From Vicugna vicugna (Eukaryota): DNA of 64,000 bases. Where the stretch lies: positions 1,366,001 to 1,430,000 of the forward strand of contig MU058153.1 in NCBI GenBank assembly GCA_013265495.1, in the 5' to 3' direction. Shown here one piece after another: positions 51,355 through 64,000 of the stretch. Numbering within the stretch: position 1 is the stretch's first letter; the number at the start of each line of letters is the position of its first letter. The position numbers and the translations under genes were made by a program. The notes beneath the pieces were generated by a model. The model was not told where the DNA came from. It worked only from the letters and a program-made list of their open reading frames with translations, and searched no databases.

Positions 51355-54087
51355 ACATCAACATTTCTTCATTGCTACTCCAATTGGACCTCAAAGTGCA
51401 TTCCTCTCCTTCACATTGTCCGCCCCCTTCAATATCCTCCACATTCACACCCACACGCAAAGCTGACTGAGAAAGAAGGGAGGAGAAGGGAAGGGGCTGG
51501 GGGTAAGGAGAGAGGGAGAGAGAGAATATGAATGTGTTTAAAATTGTGCACTGAAATTTGTGCTCCCACCCACCTCCACTTAAACATGTTTCTCAAATCT
51601 GGAGATGTTGGAGCATCTGAAGATGTCATCCTTTATCACGCTGGTGAATCACTTCATCAGTACACTTAGGGACACGTCACCCAGACTGGGATTTGTTCCC
51701 TTTGGTTTGGCAGTCCAGAGTGGGCTCTGCATTTTAGGCAACTTGTTTGTGGACTGATGAAAGAGTTATGGCCATGGTAGACCTGGAAACTTAACTTTAT
51801 GAACTTCCTTCAGGACGGAAGTTGTGCCCACCGAGGAAGATTTGAGAACAGGTCGTTGTTCAGTGCAATTCTGCTGAGGGCCCCAGGCTCAGAGAGCTGC
51901 TGGGTTTTGCTGGTTTTGATTACCTTTTCTAATATCTTCCTCTAATGTAACAGCCGTGTGCTTTGGGCGCTACCTTTCATCTTCCTGGCCCTCAATTTTC
52001 TCATCTCTGGGATGGGAATAATACCAACAAATTAGAATTCAACAAATGAGAATTTCTTGTGAATTTAAAGTCATGTTATGCGAAGCCCCAGCACAATAGA
52101 CCCTCCGAGGGGAGGTGTTTGTTCTGCTTGTTGTGGGATTAATGTGGATTAACTTCCTGGGAATAAATACAGGCTGGCCAAGCACTTTATGAATTGTGGT
52201 GGCTACACTTCAGAACCAGGGGATGTGCAGCTGACCTTACAGTAGTTGCCAGATTCCTCTTTGGAGGTCTTATCAGGAGAGATTTGTTGCAATATGTCAT
52301 GTTAGATGGGAAAGGCTGCTTCCAGCCAGAAGCTGAAAATCAAGACTTTTCTCCGTAACATACAGAAAAAGAAATCTCAGCAAAAATCATACTTAAATGA
52401 GATTTTAGGGGGAAATAATGCTCCTATTGGGTTGTGTGTTCGTATGGTTTAAAAGTTGCATCAGAAAGCTCTTGTGTATTAAATGTATAATTTTGGCTGC
52501 ATATTACACTGTCTGGACATGGAATGTACAAAATAAATGCAGATTTCTAGGTAATGATACAATTAAATTAGATGGAGTGAAATTCCATTGCTAAGGTCCC
52601 CAAGTCCACGATTTGGGTTCTCAGTCTTCCTAGTTACAATGAATCCTATTTTGGCTAAACATCTTTATTTTGTGAAAGAATAAAGGCCCAATAGAGTGAA
52701 TGGAATCAAGATTGCACACGGACATGTGCGTCTTATCGTTTGCACGTGCAAATCCTCCAGCGCCAACTTGCCGGTGGTTTTCTGAGGCAGCCAGTCATGG
52801 TCACTGCTTATAATATCACTCTCTGCGACAGCAGCCCTGTGCTCTGTCCATTTCCTCAGTCTGCTTCCGGAAACCTGTTCTCCCTCTGAGGGGAAAAGGG
52901 TCCTACCGTTTTAGTTAGTGTTATTCTTGATGTCATACCTGTGGATAACAGGCTGAGGAGTTGCCCATTGGATTTTTATACTGCTTCATTTTAATTAGGA
53001 AGACAATTTGAATTCCATGTTGACTTTGGAAAAGCATCCTAAAGTTAACCATTTTCACTGATGTAAAGAAAAGATGGGAATTGTCTGTGGATGTTCTTAC
53101 CACTTTATGAATTTTATTTTTCGGCGTGCTTCTTAGAGGTGACTAAGAAATTCACTAAACTTGAACTCTGGCATCCCGAGTGAATTTGAATTCTCAGGTT
53201 TCTACTGAGTCACACGTGTTACATGAGCCATTAACCTCTCTGAGCCTGTTTGCTTATCTGTCAAATGGAGGTAATAACAACCACATTGAGCTGACTGCCG
53301 TGAGCATGAGATCAAGATTGCATATGTCACGCACAGCAGGTGTTCGATAAATGCACATTTAAATTGAGCGCCTCTGATTTTCAAGTTCAGGTAATGCACT
53401 GCTTGCAAAAATCAGATATGGTCTTGTTTAAGGGAAGCTGTTAATCTAAATTCGTGTTGGTATAGATTAAAAAATGAGAAACAGAGAGACAAGATTGGAA
53501 TAACGCATAGATATGATCATTTTTGGTACAGTCCTGTACTTTTAAAACATATTTGGACATGCTTTAGTGAATGCCATTCCCTTAGGAAAGACTACAATAT
53601 ACGTTATGAATCGTGGAAAATATACTCTGTGTCTATGTAAACTTTCGTAAGGTTGTCAAGTGTTTTATAATATAGGCATACAAAATAATAATTTATCAGT
53701 AGGGTCTCGGGAGACTCCAAAGGGATCAAGCGTCTGTTGCGTGTTTCTTCAGAATGATTTCTCTGGAGAAATGTACATTTGATGGTTGAACCTTGATTGG
53801 ACAGATCTTGTGCCTGAGACCGTGCTTGTAACACTCTCTGAGGGCAAGGGTTCATTTGTTCTTTGGCATGTCCTTAGCACCTCAGAGGAGTGTCTGACAA
53901 ATAGTGTGCATGCAATAAATAGTCCTTGAATGACTAATTGAGCTTACTCAAGAGACATCACCTCCAAAGGACTCAAATGCAGGTGTGTACCAGTGTGTAT
54001 GCATGTATGCACATACCTGTGGGCACACACAGACACACAAGATGCCTGGCTTTGGGAACCTATGGAAGCTTAATTAGAGATACCACT

Positions 54088-54180
54088 GGGGGAGGGTATA
54101 GCTGAAGGGGTAGAGTGCATGCTGAGCATGCCCAAGGCCCTGGGTTCAATCCCTAGCACCTCCATCAAAAAAAAAAAAAA
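54088..54180 (+). mobile_element. Short tRNA-derived SINE (vic-1 head plus poly-A)
   Basis: GGGGGAGGGTATAGCT...GGGTTCAATCCC...CTCCA then A14. TTAGAGATAC repeated at 54074 and 54183. Confidence 0.88.
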
Positions 54181-54594
54181 GTTTAGAGATACTAATGAGT
54201 GTACTGACTGTGTATGAGAGATGTCATATCTGTACACAGACATAGATTTTAAACAGTGTTGAGTGGTTTCTTTATGTTGGAAAAAGATCTGAAAGTTAGG
54301 TGATACAATAGATCTTTCTTACTCTTGATGCTGTCAGTAAGGGACTGTAACAATGGATACATCACCTTGTCTCTCTTAGGTCCGTCTTACATTCTTCCAT
54401 GTTACATAGAAGTTAGAAATGAAGATTCTTTCAAGCACTAAGAGTTTAGGAATTTAAATTCATAATCGGCTACCTAGGGATTCAGGATTCCTGGGAATTA
54501 AAAATAAAATCTCTGCTCCCAGGATGCCACTTGTCAAAATGTGCAGAAGAACGGCATAGTGTTCTGGGAGAAAGGCAGAATCAATGTCACAAGG

Positions 54595-54842
54595 GCAGAC
54601 ATGTAGGGTATAAGTCTTTGCAGGGGAAATACAGTGCAATTTGGAATAGACGAACATTGCATCCCAAATCCGTTTCTCCACTTGTTAACTGGGAGATCCT
54701 AAGTAGGCCGATTAACCTTGCTGTGTCTCAGTTTTCCTCAGCTATAAAAATGGAGATCATTTTTCCTGCAGTTATTTTGGGAGCTTTAATTAAGATGTCT
54801 GAGAGTTTGGCACATGATCAGTACACAGTAAGTGCTAGCTTA
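54595..54842 (+). mobile_element. MIR
   Basis: TGTGTCTCAGTTTTCCTCAGCTATAAAAATGGAGAT. Confidence 0.7.
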
Positions 54843-55124
54843 CTTTCTTTCTTTTCGTTAAAGTCTTTGGTTATCTTGCACAGAAATGGGAACATTTCAC
54901 TGAAAGTCCGTGAGTGTTTTGCTTTATGTTTACTGAATTTATAAATGAAGACCTTTTGCCAACTTGGCTACCAAAGTTGGTAATGTTTTTTCTGATCATG
55001 TTTTCCAATGTCAATCAGTTTTGTAATGAAATCTAAAAATGATGAACTTTGGCATAATCTGGTGGCAGCTTTTTAATGCTTAAGGAGGCTTTCAACACTT
55101 ATGAAGGTTATGGGTATAATTTCA

Positions 55125-55345
55125 TAATAATAATAGCTACCATTTATTGAGCATTTGATATGTACCAGGCAATATAATGAGTAATATGATGCCAATAGAA
55201 CATACAGTTTTCTCCTACATTCTTGCTCAGGAAACTGAGACACAAAGGGGCTAAGTAATTGGTCTGAGGTTATACAACATCTAAACTTAAGCTGGAAGCA
55301 GAAGCTACATCTCTCAGGGCTTCAGAGGCAGGCTCAGAATCGGTA
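55125..55345 (-). mobile_element. MIR
   Basis: AATAGCTACCATTTATTGAGCA...AGGAAACTGAGACACAAAG. Confidence 0.8.
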
Positions 55346-58300
55346 AATTCAAACTTGTTGCCTTGGTAATGGATAAACATGGCAGCTCAGTGTCGTCTAA
55401 CCTGGTACTCAATCTGAATATTTCAACTGAGGCTGAGATGTCTGTAGTTTCCCTTTCTCCTGTTTCCTGAAACAAAGGTTATAATCAGATACTAGGCCAC
55501 ATATTCCTTGCCTCTTTTTGTCACTCTTTCGTAATATCCAAATGTGCCCCAGCATGAGGCAAGACTTGGGAGAAGTTGATCAAAGTCACTCCACGTAACT
55601 AAGGGACAGAGAGGCTTTGCAAAATGCCGTGAGATCACCTGGAAATGCATGACTGTGTGAGAAATAAGGTCAATGCTAATAATAAGTGTGGAGTTGAGTT
55701 ATAATATCCTACAAATCCGATGGACTCAGCTGTGGCCACCCACCCAGCACCTGATCTCGTCCTTGTGGTGTGGTCTCTGTAGCACTGGAAACCATTGACG
55801 CCCCGGCTTTCCAACACTCCTCCAGGGGTCTGCAATGTGGTTTGCTGCCACTTCCTTGACTCATTTCACTTCCTCCTCCTCCCCTCCTCCTGCTCTCTCC
55901 TGATACATGGACGGCTTCCCTTTTGAATCAGTTCTATTCCCAGTTGCTCTGCATCTCTGAGAGATGTCTGCCAGGCTTGATTTGAGAGATGACCCTCAAA
56001 TTCTTTGCCCCAGCCTCCTTGTGTGCGGAAGATGCCTGAATCTCCATGGCCAGCAGGAGCCCACTTTCCTACCGTGTCTCCTGTAGGCTTTACAAACATA
56101 ATGCAATCATGGTGACTGATTATTTTCTCTCCAGAAGTCTCTATATTTTCAATTTCAAATGATATCAATAACTCTTTAACCACCCTCCTATTCAACCACT
56201 AAGCAAATTACTCATCAGTCAACTCATCATGTTCAACTCAGCTTTTCTGTCCCTCAGCCCACATTCCATTGTTTCGCTCCTAGATACCTGACTCTTCTGA
56301 TGATGTCAAATCTTCTGTGTGGTCCGTGAGTCCTTTTTCCTTCAGAAGGACCACAGTAGGAAATAAAACTGAACATCCCCTTCTCTAAATATAGAATATG
56401 AGTATAGAATAACATACGAATACTTCTCTTGATAATACAGACTGTATTCATGCCTCTATTCATGCCGCTCTGGTCTGTCTGACGTACTGTTTTCTTCCTC
56501 GGGAGATATCCCAGACTAATTTCTGCCTCAGACTTTGTGAGAGCCACTCCATTTGCCTAGGACATACCCATCGTAGGTCAAATCTCAGAGCAACTTACCT
56601 GCTCTGGGAAAATCTTTCCTGCTGAGCCCTCCTGTCCTCTGTCACACCAGCATTTTGTTCACAGGTCTGTGATCTCATCACTCTTGTGTTTATTCACTTG
56701 GCTGAAACCTGCCAGACTGTGACTTCTTTTAGCACTTGGACGTCATCTTACTCATCTTGGCGTCTCCCACATCTAGAAGCAGAGCGCATAGGAGTTTTCA
56801 ATATCTTTTGGTGGAACCAATGAACGAGCGGGCTGATCTGATACATCTTTAGGGTGAAGAGCTTCCTTCAGTTCAATTCATGGTGTTGGCCAATATTTTC
56901 TCAACATTTCTACTACTAAATCACCTCTTACTATTTTTCCTGTAGGGGCCCATGTTTCAAAACTACTTTGCCCAATAAATACATTGCCATTTGTTCCTCC
57001 ATTTTTCCTAATTGAAAGCAGATACCCGTCAGTTATTGTTCTGGAAACGTGCTGATTGAACATTGTGACCTTGAGTTGACATAAATGGGAGCCCAAAGAT
57101 GTTTTAATTACTGAATGCAGCTGTATAAGTACATGCCTGGTTTCTAGTTGGCTTTCTGAAATATTGATTATAGCGGTCTCTGAGGATTCCAATTTTTAAA
57201 ACAGTTACATAAATATATTTTGGTGCTAATCTTATGCTTTAATTCATAGCCGCTGATAGGCTCAGTGCAGGCAACGCCCACGCCTCAGTGGCGTTGTTCA
57301 CAGAGAACGTTGTTCACAGCAACGAAGGTGCCCCTTGGTGCCGTGCACTGCGCCGTGGCGTGAGGTGGGCCTCCTTAGTCATGAACTAAGTCATTGGAAA
57401 GAGACTGACTTTAAACTTTGCATAGGGCCCAAACGTGGGCTTATGCAATGGGAGAATTTAAAAAGACCTTCTCGTTAGTAAAAGTGCCCAGATTAAAACT
57501 TTGATGAGCTGCCGTCACTTTTCACACCACGTAACCACCTGGATTTGGGAGCCAGATATACATTCTCAAGAGCTGCTCCAGCTTCACGCTTTGGAAGGAT
57601 GCTTCCTCCCTTTCTCTCCTAAGAAACAGCAGAAGACACTGGATTAGATCAAAGTGCTAAATGGTGAGACACATTTAATTATGGTTTCATGTTATTCTTC
57701 CATCTTTGAATATAAATGTCTTGACTGTGTTGAGTTGGAACTTGGAACAGAACCTTTTTTTTTCATCTTTTTCATGTTTCTCTTCAAGTTTTAGATGATT
57801 TCTTTCCAGTTCAGGGACTGCAATTATTATCTCTCATAATAGTAATAATAATCCCTAATAATAGGAATAGTAAGTGGGAGCACAGACCCAGCACTGGCTC
57901 TTCTAAATAATAGGAAGCCCATACTATTAATGCTCTTGCCAAAGCATGAACTGTGGCGACAGCACTGTTTTCTTGGGAGGGGTCTGTGTGTTTTATCCCA
58001 TCAGTTTTCACCAAGTCACTGTAGGGAATATAGGAGAATTTAGCCATTTGATTATATTTTTGTTTATTGCTAAGATAGGTATCTGGAATGGGAAATAGGT
58101 TTCACAGATTAAAAAAAAGAGTAGGTTTTTATTTTTCTTATGATGACTAATACCATCCCCTAATTATTAAAATCCTCTGTTATTGTAGATGTGGTCCTGC
58201 CTAGAACAAGATGTTTGATTTATGTGTGATGTTTTGATAGATATCCTATTGTCAGTGTAGTTTTTTTTCTTTACTTTCTTTCTTTCTTTTTTTTTGAGCC

Positions 58301-59496
58301 TAAGAAACATAGTATTCAAGAATTCCTTCTCAGGACAATAGCCATGCTTTCTTTAACCAATGACTTGATAATGATGTTGCAAAGTTCAGTAAATAAAATA
58401 TGTTTTTTTTTTAAGGTGCATGACATTTGAAAATGTAAAAATATGCCTCTCTTGAATGGTTTACAGTTGAATGTGAGCCAGATCTCTGAAAGTGCTGAGG
58501 GAATTTACAACCTCAGGGGAGGGAGGGAGAGAGGAGAAAGAGAGAGAGAGAGATTGCTCTGCTCTGAGCCTGGCTACTGGCTGTTCCAAATCGGGCAGAG
58601 AAAATGCTGAGAGTTTAGTGGGTGGATCTCTGAAGAGAATCACCTCCCTAGGCGGGGTCCAGAGCATGGGTGTCAGGGATGAATTCACATGCATTACGGG
58701 GAATGGAGAGCGATCAGGGAACTGAGTGTTCTTCTATCTGAAATGGCAGAAAGTCAGAAGCCATCCTAAAAGAGTTAACATCCACACGATGGTGATCAGG
58801 AAGGCAAGAATGGAACTATGAGGCTTTCTCTGTATTGTTTGAACGTTGCCATGGCAATAGTTTCCAGCAGAAGTTACATGTTTTTCAGTCCCCCAAAGCA
58901 GCAAATAGCCTTTCCCTCTCTTCCTCACCCTCCCTCCATCCCTCCCCCTCTTCCTGAGTGCTTAGTCCTTATCTCTCCATCCTTTTTTTTCCCTCCTTCT
59001 GTCTTGTCTTTTGTTCTCCACCTTCTCAACTCTTCCCCCATTAACAGTAAAAATATTCCAACTCCAGGAAGTCACTTTTTAGGCAGAAAGTGAGTCAGAC
59101 ATATAGCCTCCTATCCGGTTTCTGTATTCCCCTGTCTGTTTACCTATTAAAGCTCTAATTAGATGGAAGCTGTGGATGGAAGCAGGGTTGGGGCTTTCCC
59201 TGGTTGGTAGGACACAAAACATATTATAATGGTTGGTGTTGTGGTGATATGTTAATTGGATCGCTCCAGGCAAGTGCAGAGCAACAGTCTCTGACAATTA
59301 GAAAGAACAATGACTTTACTATGACGGAGCCCACTCTCCCAACCAGGGGAGAGATTAGCATGCATTGCAGGTCTCTGGAAGTTTACTGTAGACCCTGAGA
59401 GAGAGATCTGTGGTTGGCAATGCCTCCTGTCTCTTTAAAGCGAGGCTGCTGCCTCTCCTTATCTTTCTCCCCACCACACCCCCCACCCCCACTGCC

Positions 59497-59535
59497 AAAA
59501 AAAAAAAAAAAAAAAAAGAGAGAGAGAGAGAGAGA
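59497..59535. repeat. A21 plus (GA)n repeat
   Basis: Read directly. Confidence 0.9.
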
Positions 59536-60274
59536 AGTGAGGGGACAGTGAGAGGTCTGGTTTAGTGGGTGGCAGGGACCGTCGCAGACCTGGACCATAG
59601 GATATATCCCGGGGATGTTAGGAAGAAGTCTTTGCCTGCTTAATGCATGTGGCCAGTGAATTGTGAAATGGGTCTCATTAGAGTCTTTCCTATCCCGGCA
59701 TGTGCCAAAGAGCTTGGCCGGCACAGCGCCATCACTTCAGGTCCAACCCCGCTGCTGTTGGCTGCAGCCAAGAAGGGACAGAGGCTGTGTCTGTGTTAAA
59801 GCATTCAGTCTCATCTCTCTCTGTCTACTGTTCATTGTAAGGCGCCTCTGGGCCTTTCATTGTGGCCCAGGAGGAGCCACAGCCCATCTCCTAGGTGTTT
59901 GGAGAGAGGAAATGTGAAGGGTTTTGAGCATCACAGATAGGTTTGGGGCGGCCAGTGGGTGGTGGCACCCAGAAGTTTCCTCTCCCTTCCCCAGGACTGG
60001 CATCAATGTTGTCTCCAGGCTTCCCTGCAGAGAGCGCCCCAGATCGTCACCTGAAAGAGGTGACGGGTGGTTCAGGGCTAAATAAGTCATCAGAGACCTT
60101 GGTATTACTAGAGACAGAGGAACGCTTTGCTTTTTTTTGGAGATTCATATAGTAGAGAGTTTAGAATCAAATTTTATCCCCCAAACCATAGCCTCATCAG
60201 TAGCAGCTGCCAAATGCTGTGTCCTGTGGGCCACTGTGCGTGTCTCTGACTTATAGTACCCAATGGTTGTACAA

Positions 60275-60500
60275 GATTTATGATCTAAGAGCATAGGCAT
60301 AGGAGCCAGATCGACCCAAGCCCTGTCACTTCTCAGAAATGTAGCTTTGGCCAATTTACTTACCCTTTTGAACCTGACTTTCTCATGTGCAGCATGAGAA
60401 TAAATATAGCACAGGGCTGTGGTGAGTTATAATTGAAATAATGCATGTCAAGCTTTTAGCAGAAGACTTGCACATGGAAAACTCTCAGGCTACTATTTGT
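60275..60500 (+). mobile_element. MIR
   Basis: TTTGGCCAATTTACTTACCCTTTTGAACCTGACTTTCTCAT...AATGCATGTCAAGC. Confidence 0.75.
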
Positions 60501-62069
60501 AAAAATATAAGAGGTGTTTTCATACAACAGTATTACAAAATAATCACTAGACATGTGCCTCAGGAAGAACAAAATTAAAAATAATTAAGGGCAGATGGCT
60601 TAATGAAAAAGAAAAAATAGCATTGGAAGGTGAGTTTCTGAATTTGAAATGGTGAGTTCCTGATATTTTTGGTGTAACTCTGCAGTTTGAAAAGCAGAAT
60701 AGATAGGATCATGGAAATAAATTTTTGTTGCATGCATTCTGGATAGATGATTTCCATCGTTCATATTAGAGTTTTCTTGTAAAAGTAATCTCTTGGGTTT
60801 TGTATTAGTTTTAATGCCTTAGATTGGAAATAAGAGGGGAAAAAAAGAAAGAGAGAGAGAATGCAGTGACACACGCAATCGAAAAGTTTTGCAGTACATG
60901 GAGTTCAGATATGGTTTGATTCAGGTGCTAAGGATGTCACAAGGACCTTTGCTCTATTTTCTCTTTAATTCTCTTGGCTCAGTCCTCTTCCATGGGTCAT
61001 TTCCATCCTCAGACGATTGTTTTGCATTTCCTCATCCACCAAAGAAAGATTCACACTTTTATTCCAGCGTTCCCAGAGAGCATTCTGAGATCTAAGCTGA
61101 CTGGACTAGTTTAGGTCATATTCCCACTCATGGACCAATCACTGGCTCCAAAGGAATGCAGCTGAGGGTCAGATGCATCCCCAGGTGGAACTCAGGGGCT
61201 CTTGAGAGGAGAGGAATTAGGTGCTGGCGAGATAGTCACAAATAGCATAGGTGTAATGGTGGAAATCTGTAAGGATAAGTTGCTATGTTTCACACTGTAA
61301 CTTGCTAAACGGGTTAATTTTCTTTCTCTTTCTCTGTAATACTATGTTGTATATAGGTATTGAAGTTTTGATAATCATCTAAGGAGTTTTATTCTTTCTG
61401 CAGATCGTCTGGCTGTAGCTATCAATGTTTCAGGGGAATAGCTTCATCTGCATGCATGCTGTTTTTGCATTGCTTCTCCCCTCTCTTGGGAACAGGTCCT
61501 TGCTTTCGAAAGGAAATTTACAGGTTTTCCTGGAAGTGAGGAAATAAACGCAAAACAAAAGAATTCTCTTCCATTAATTGCTAGAAGTTTTTAAACTGCC
61601 TGGAACACCCACACTGCTGGCCACCTGCACCAGCCATGGGTATGTGTCTGTCCAATTTGGATTTCATCAAATTTGTCACTGCAAAGATCTCAGTAGTCAC
61701 ATAGTCCATTTCTGAACTCTCCATCCTGCCTACCCAGGGGTGGTGATCCAGGTAATATAGCACGATGTCCTTTGGTTCGTAATAGGCAAGGAAGAAGAAA
61801 TAATTTGGGCTTTGGATATAAATATTTGTTAAGACCCATTTTAAGTGCATGACTGCTCAGAAGGTTCAAGGACTGGAGAGTCTTTTTTGTCGTCTGCACT
61901 CTGTGTGACCACGTTGTACACAATATGAATACTGTATTCATACTTATGCAGTGACATGCTCTGGATTGAGAATCAAACCAAGTTCATATGCTTCTTGTAA
62001 AAGCTGTTGTCAAGCAAACTGCTGGTGGAGTAGGTTGTGCCTGGAAAGTTAAAACAATGAAGACTACCA

Positions 62070-62412
62070 TGTTTTCACGACCTGTTACATGATAGGAATT
62101 GTAGTGGTTTATTTTACATATGTTATCTCATTGTACCCTTACAGAAATGGCAGTCATGATAATAACAATACCCTCCCCCCAAATCAATAATAGACAATGT
62201 TTATTGAGTGATTACTATGTGTAGGCATTGTTCTAAATGCTTTCCCTGTGTGATGACATTGAATCCACAAACAAGCACTTTTCTTTAAAAGTGAGGAAAG
62301 ACTAGTTTAGATGGGCATAATGATTTACCCATGTCACAAAGCTAACAGATGGGAGAACCCTGCTTTGAACTTCTGGTCAACCCTGTGATGTTTAGACTTC
62401 GCTCTGCTGCCT
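62070..62412 (-). mobile_element. MIR fragments
   Basis: TTTATTGAGTGATTACTATGTGTAGGCATTGTTCTAAATGCTTT...GTGAGGAAA. Confidence 0.75.
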
Positions 62413-64000
62413 CTCGCATGACACTACTTAATTAAACACAAAATCAAACAAAACCACAAGAGCAAAAAGAAAAAAGAAAAAAAAATCTTACTTTTTTTTT
62501 TTAAGTTTAAGGAAATCAAAACACCTAAGACCCATGACCTGTCCTTCTTTTAACCTCACTTACTTTTTTGTTTTTCCCTCCTTTCCGCTTCTCAGCTTTT
62601 CCCACGTGTTCTCAGCTTTGACAATCTGTTAGCCTCCAGTTTAACCCAGGGGAGCTGCCCAGCCACAAGTCTGGGTATTTAAGAGTAAAGCTTTACCTGC
62701 ACCATTTATTTTAAATATAACCATGGAAGGTCACCACAAGTAAACAACAAGGGTGTTTTAGGCGGCCATGTTGTTTGTTGTGTGTTAGGAAAAGCGAAGA
62801 AACGTTTCAGGTCACAGTGGTGACTGGCGCCTGCACTTCATGCCTCAACAGAGATTAGTCGTGGGCGGGGCTTCTTCCTTAAGATGTAATGATACTGATG
62901 GTCACATCCTGGGCTGCATAAGACTGTACCACGAATCTCTTGTCTCAGTTGTAATCATCAGAAGACAGCCTCCTCCATATTTAGAAAAGGGACATTGGGC
63001 CCTTTCCTCAGTCGCTCCTAAGAGTCTTTCCTTTTCCCCATCAGAATAGTACGTGGGAGAGGCAGAAGCAGGCACAGCTCCGAGACACTGTTTCTGCTGC
63101 TGTTCCCAAGAAGCTACCAAACAGAAGTGCTCCTCTCAGTTCATCTGGGCACTGGGCCAGAGAGCAGGCAAGGCCCCAAGTCAGCTTCCTTGCTCCTTCA
63201 CCATATCACCCTTTCTTCTGCTTATAAGACAGACACTGCAGGGGCCGGGAAAGCAGGCACAACACGACACGGCTGCAGGCGCGATGGACACAAGCCCTTC
63301 CTCACTTAGGTGTCCACACACGCGCGCACACACACACACACGTGGTCCCACCACCTTATCTTAGTGTCCTGAACTCCCACCTGACTTCTGAAGGGCCTTC
63401 TAAAGACACCTGCCGTTTATCTTTCTCTAGAATTCAAGATACAAAGAGAAAGAACTGCATACTCAGTAACGGACTCTGGATTCAGGGCATGGGTTGACAT
63501 CTGAGGATTATTCTCCTGATTGCCGACAATATATTGGACCCAGTATCTTCTGTTCAGAGAATATAAAGTGACTTTAATATCAGTCGTGGCTTCTTATCCC
63601 CAAATCTAAGGCCTTTACAACAGCAAATGGAAGAGGCTTGGGCTTGTCGGTGTTTTATAAGATCTGATCCACGGCTTCCTGACCCCTGGGGCTGGCAAGA
63701 CAGAGTAGGCTCTTGCTTTATATTATCTCTAGACTACGCCCCTTTCCTACGCTGGCCTGGGCTCTCAGCACTTATCGGGCCCAGATAAGTAGAATCATGC
63801 CCTGATGTACCCGTCTCCATCCAGTCTCGTTCCCACCACTTATCCTCCGGAGCCACTGCTCGTGGTCCCTTCTCCTCCTAGCAAAGCCTGCCTATGAAAT
63901 ACATGCTGGAACCCGAAACCTGGCCCTTGGCCCGAGGGCCTCTCCATCCTCTCCCCGTCCCCGTGTGTGTTTCTTGGCCATGCCATGTTGTTTTCCAGTT

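Larger units (their letters stand above)
1..64000 (+). other. LRRC4C: Window lies within the 5' non-coding/intronic portion of LRRC4C (NGL-1); coding exon is outside the window
   Basis: Inference from the recognised 5'UTR exon at ~48.2-49.0 kb. LRRC4C is known to have a single coding exon preceded by widely spaced non-coding exons. No LRR/Ig coding sequence is seen in the window. Confidence 0.75.

Noticed and set aside
51051..51531. 139 and 144 aa F/L/S-rich ORFs
   Set aside because: Translation of the (CTTT)n microsatellite.

Overview
Mammalian genomic DNA, very probably camelid (alpaca/camel), judged from three tRNA-derived vic-1-type SINEs. I found no conventional protein-coding exon. The window appears to lie in the 5' non-coding part of LRRC4C (netrin-G ligand 1, NGL-1), transcribed on the + strand. 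A CpG island at ~47.0-48.3 kb leads into a long 5'UTR exon (~48.2 kb to 48977, donor GTGAGT at 48978). I recognise that exon from memory as resembling the human LRRC4C cDNA leader; this was not database-checked. A 97-bp candidate upstream non-coding exon lies at 19523-19619. The rest is intronic and rich in repeats: L1, L2, MIR, MLT1, a Tigger1 derivative, several solo ERV LTRs with visible target-site duplications (TSDs), microsatellites and two N gaps. The most interesting observations are (1) a set of uORFs in the leader exon, including 47-aa and 17-aa ORFs too short for the supplied ORF track that seem frame-conserved with human, (2) a CpG-rich patch at ~34.9-35.3 kb made of ancient repeats shifted AT->GC, which suggests GC-biased gene conversion, (3) five LTRs in ~3.1 kb with one nested insertion, and (4) an L1 whose 5'UTR is joined directly to mid-ORF2. 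I see no evidence for a wholly new biological system. Repeat family names and boundaries were assigned by eye and are approximate unless a TSD is cited.
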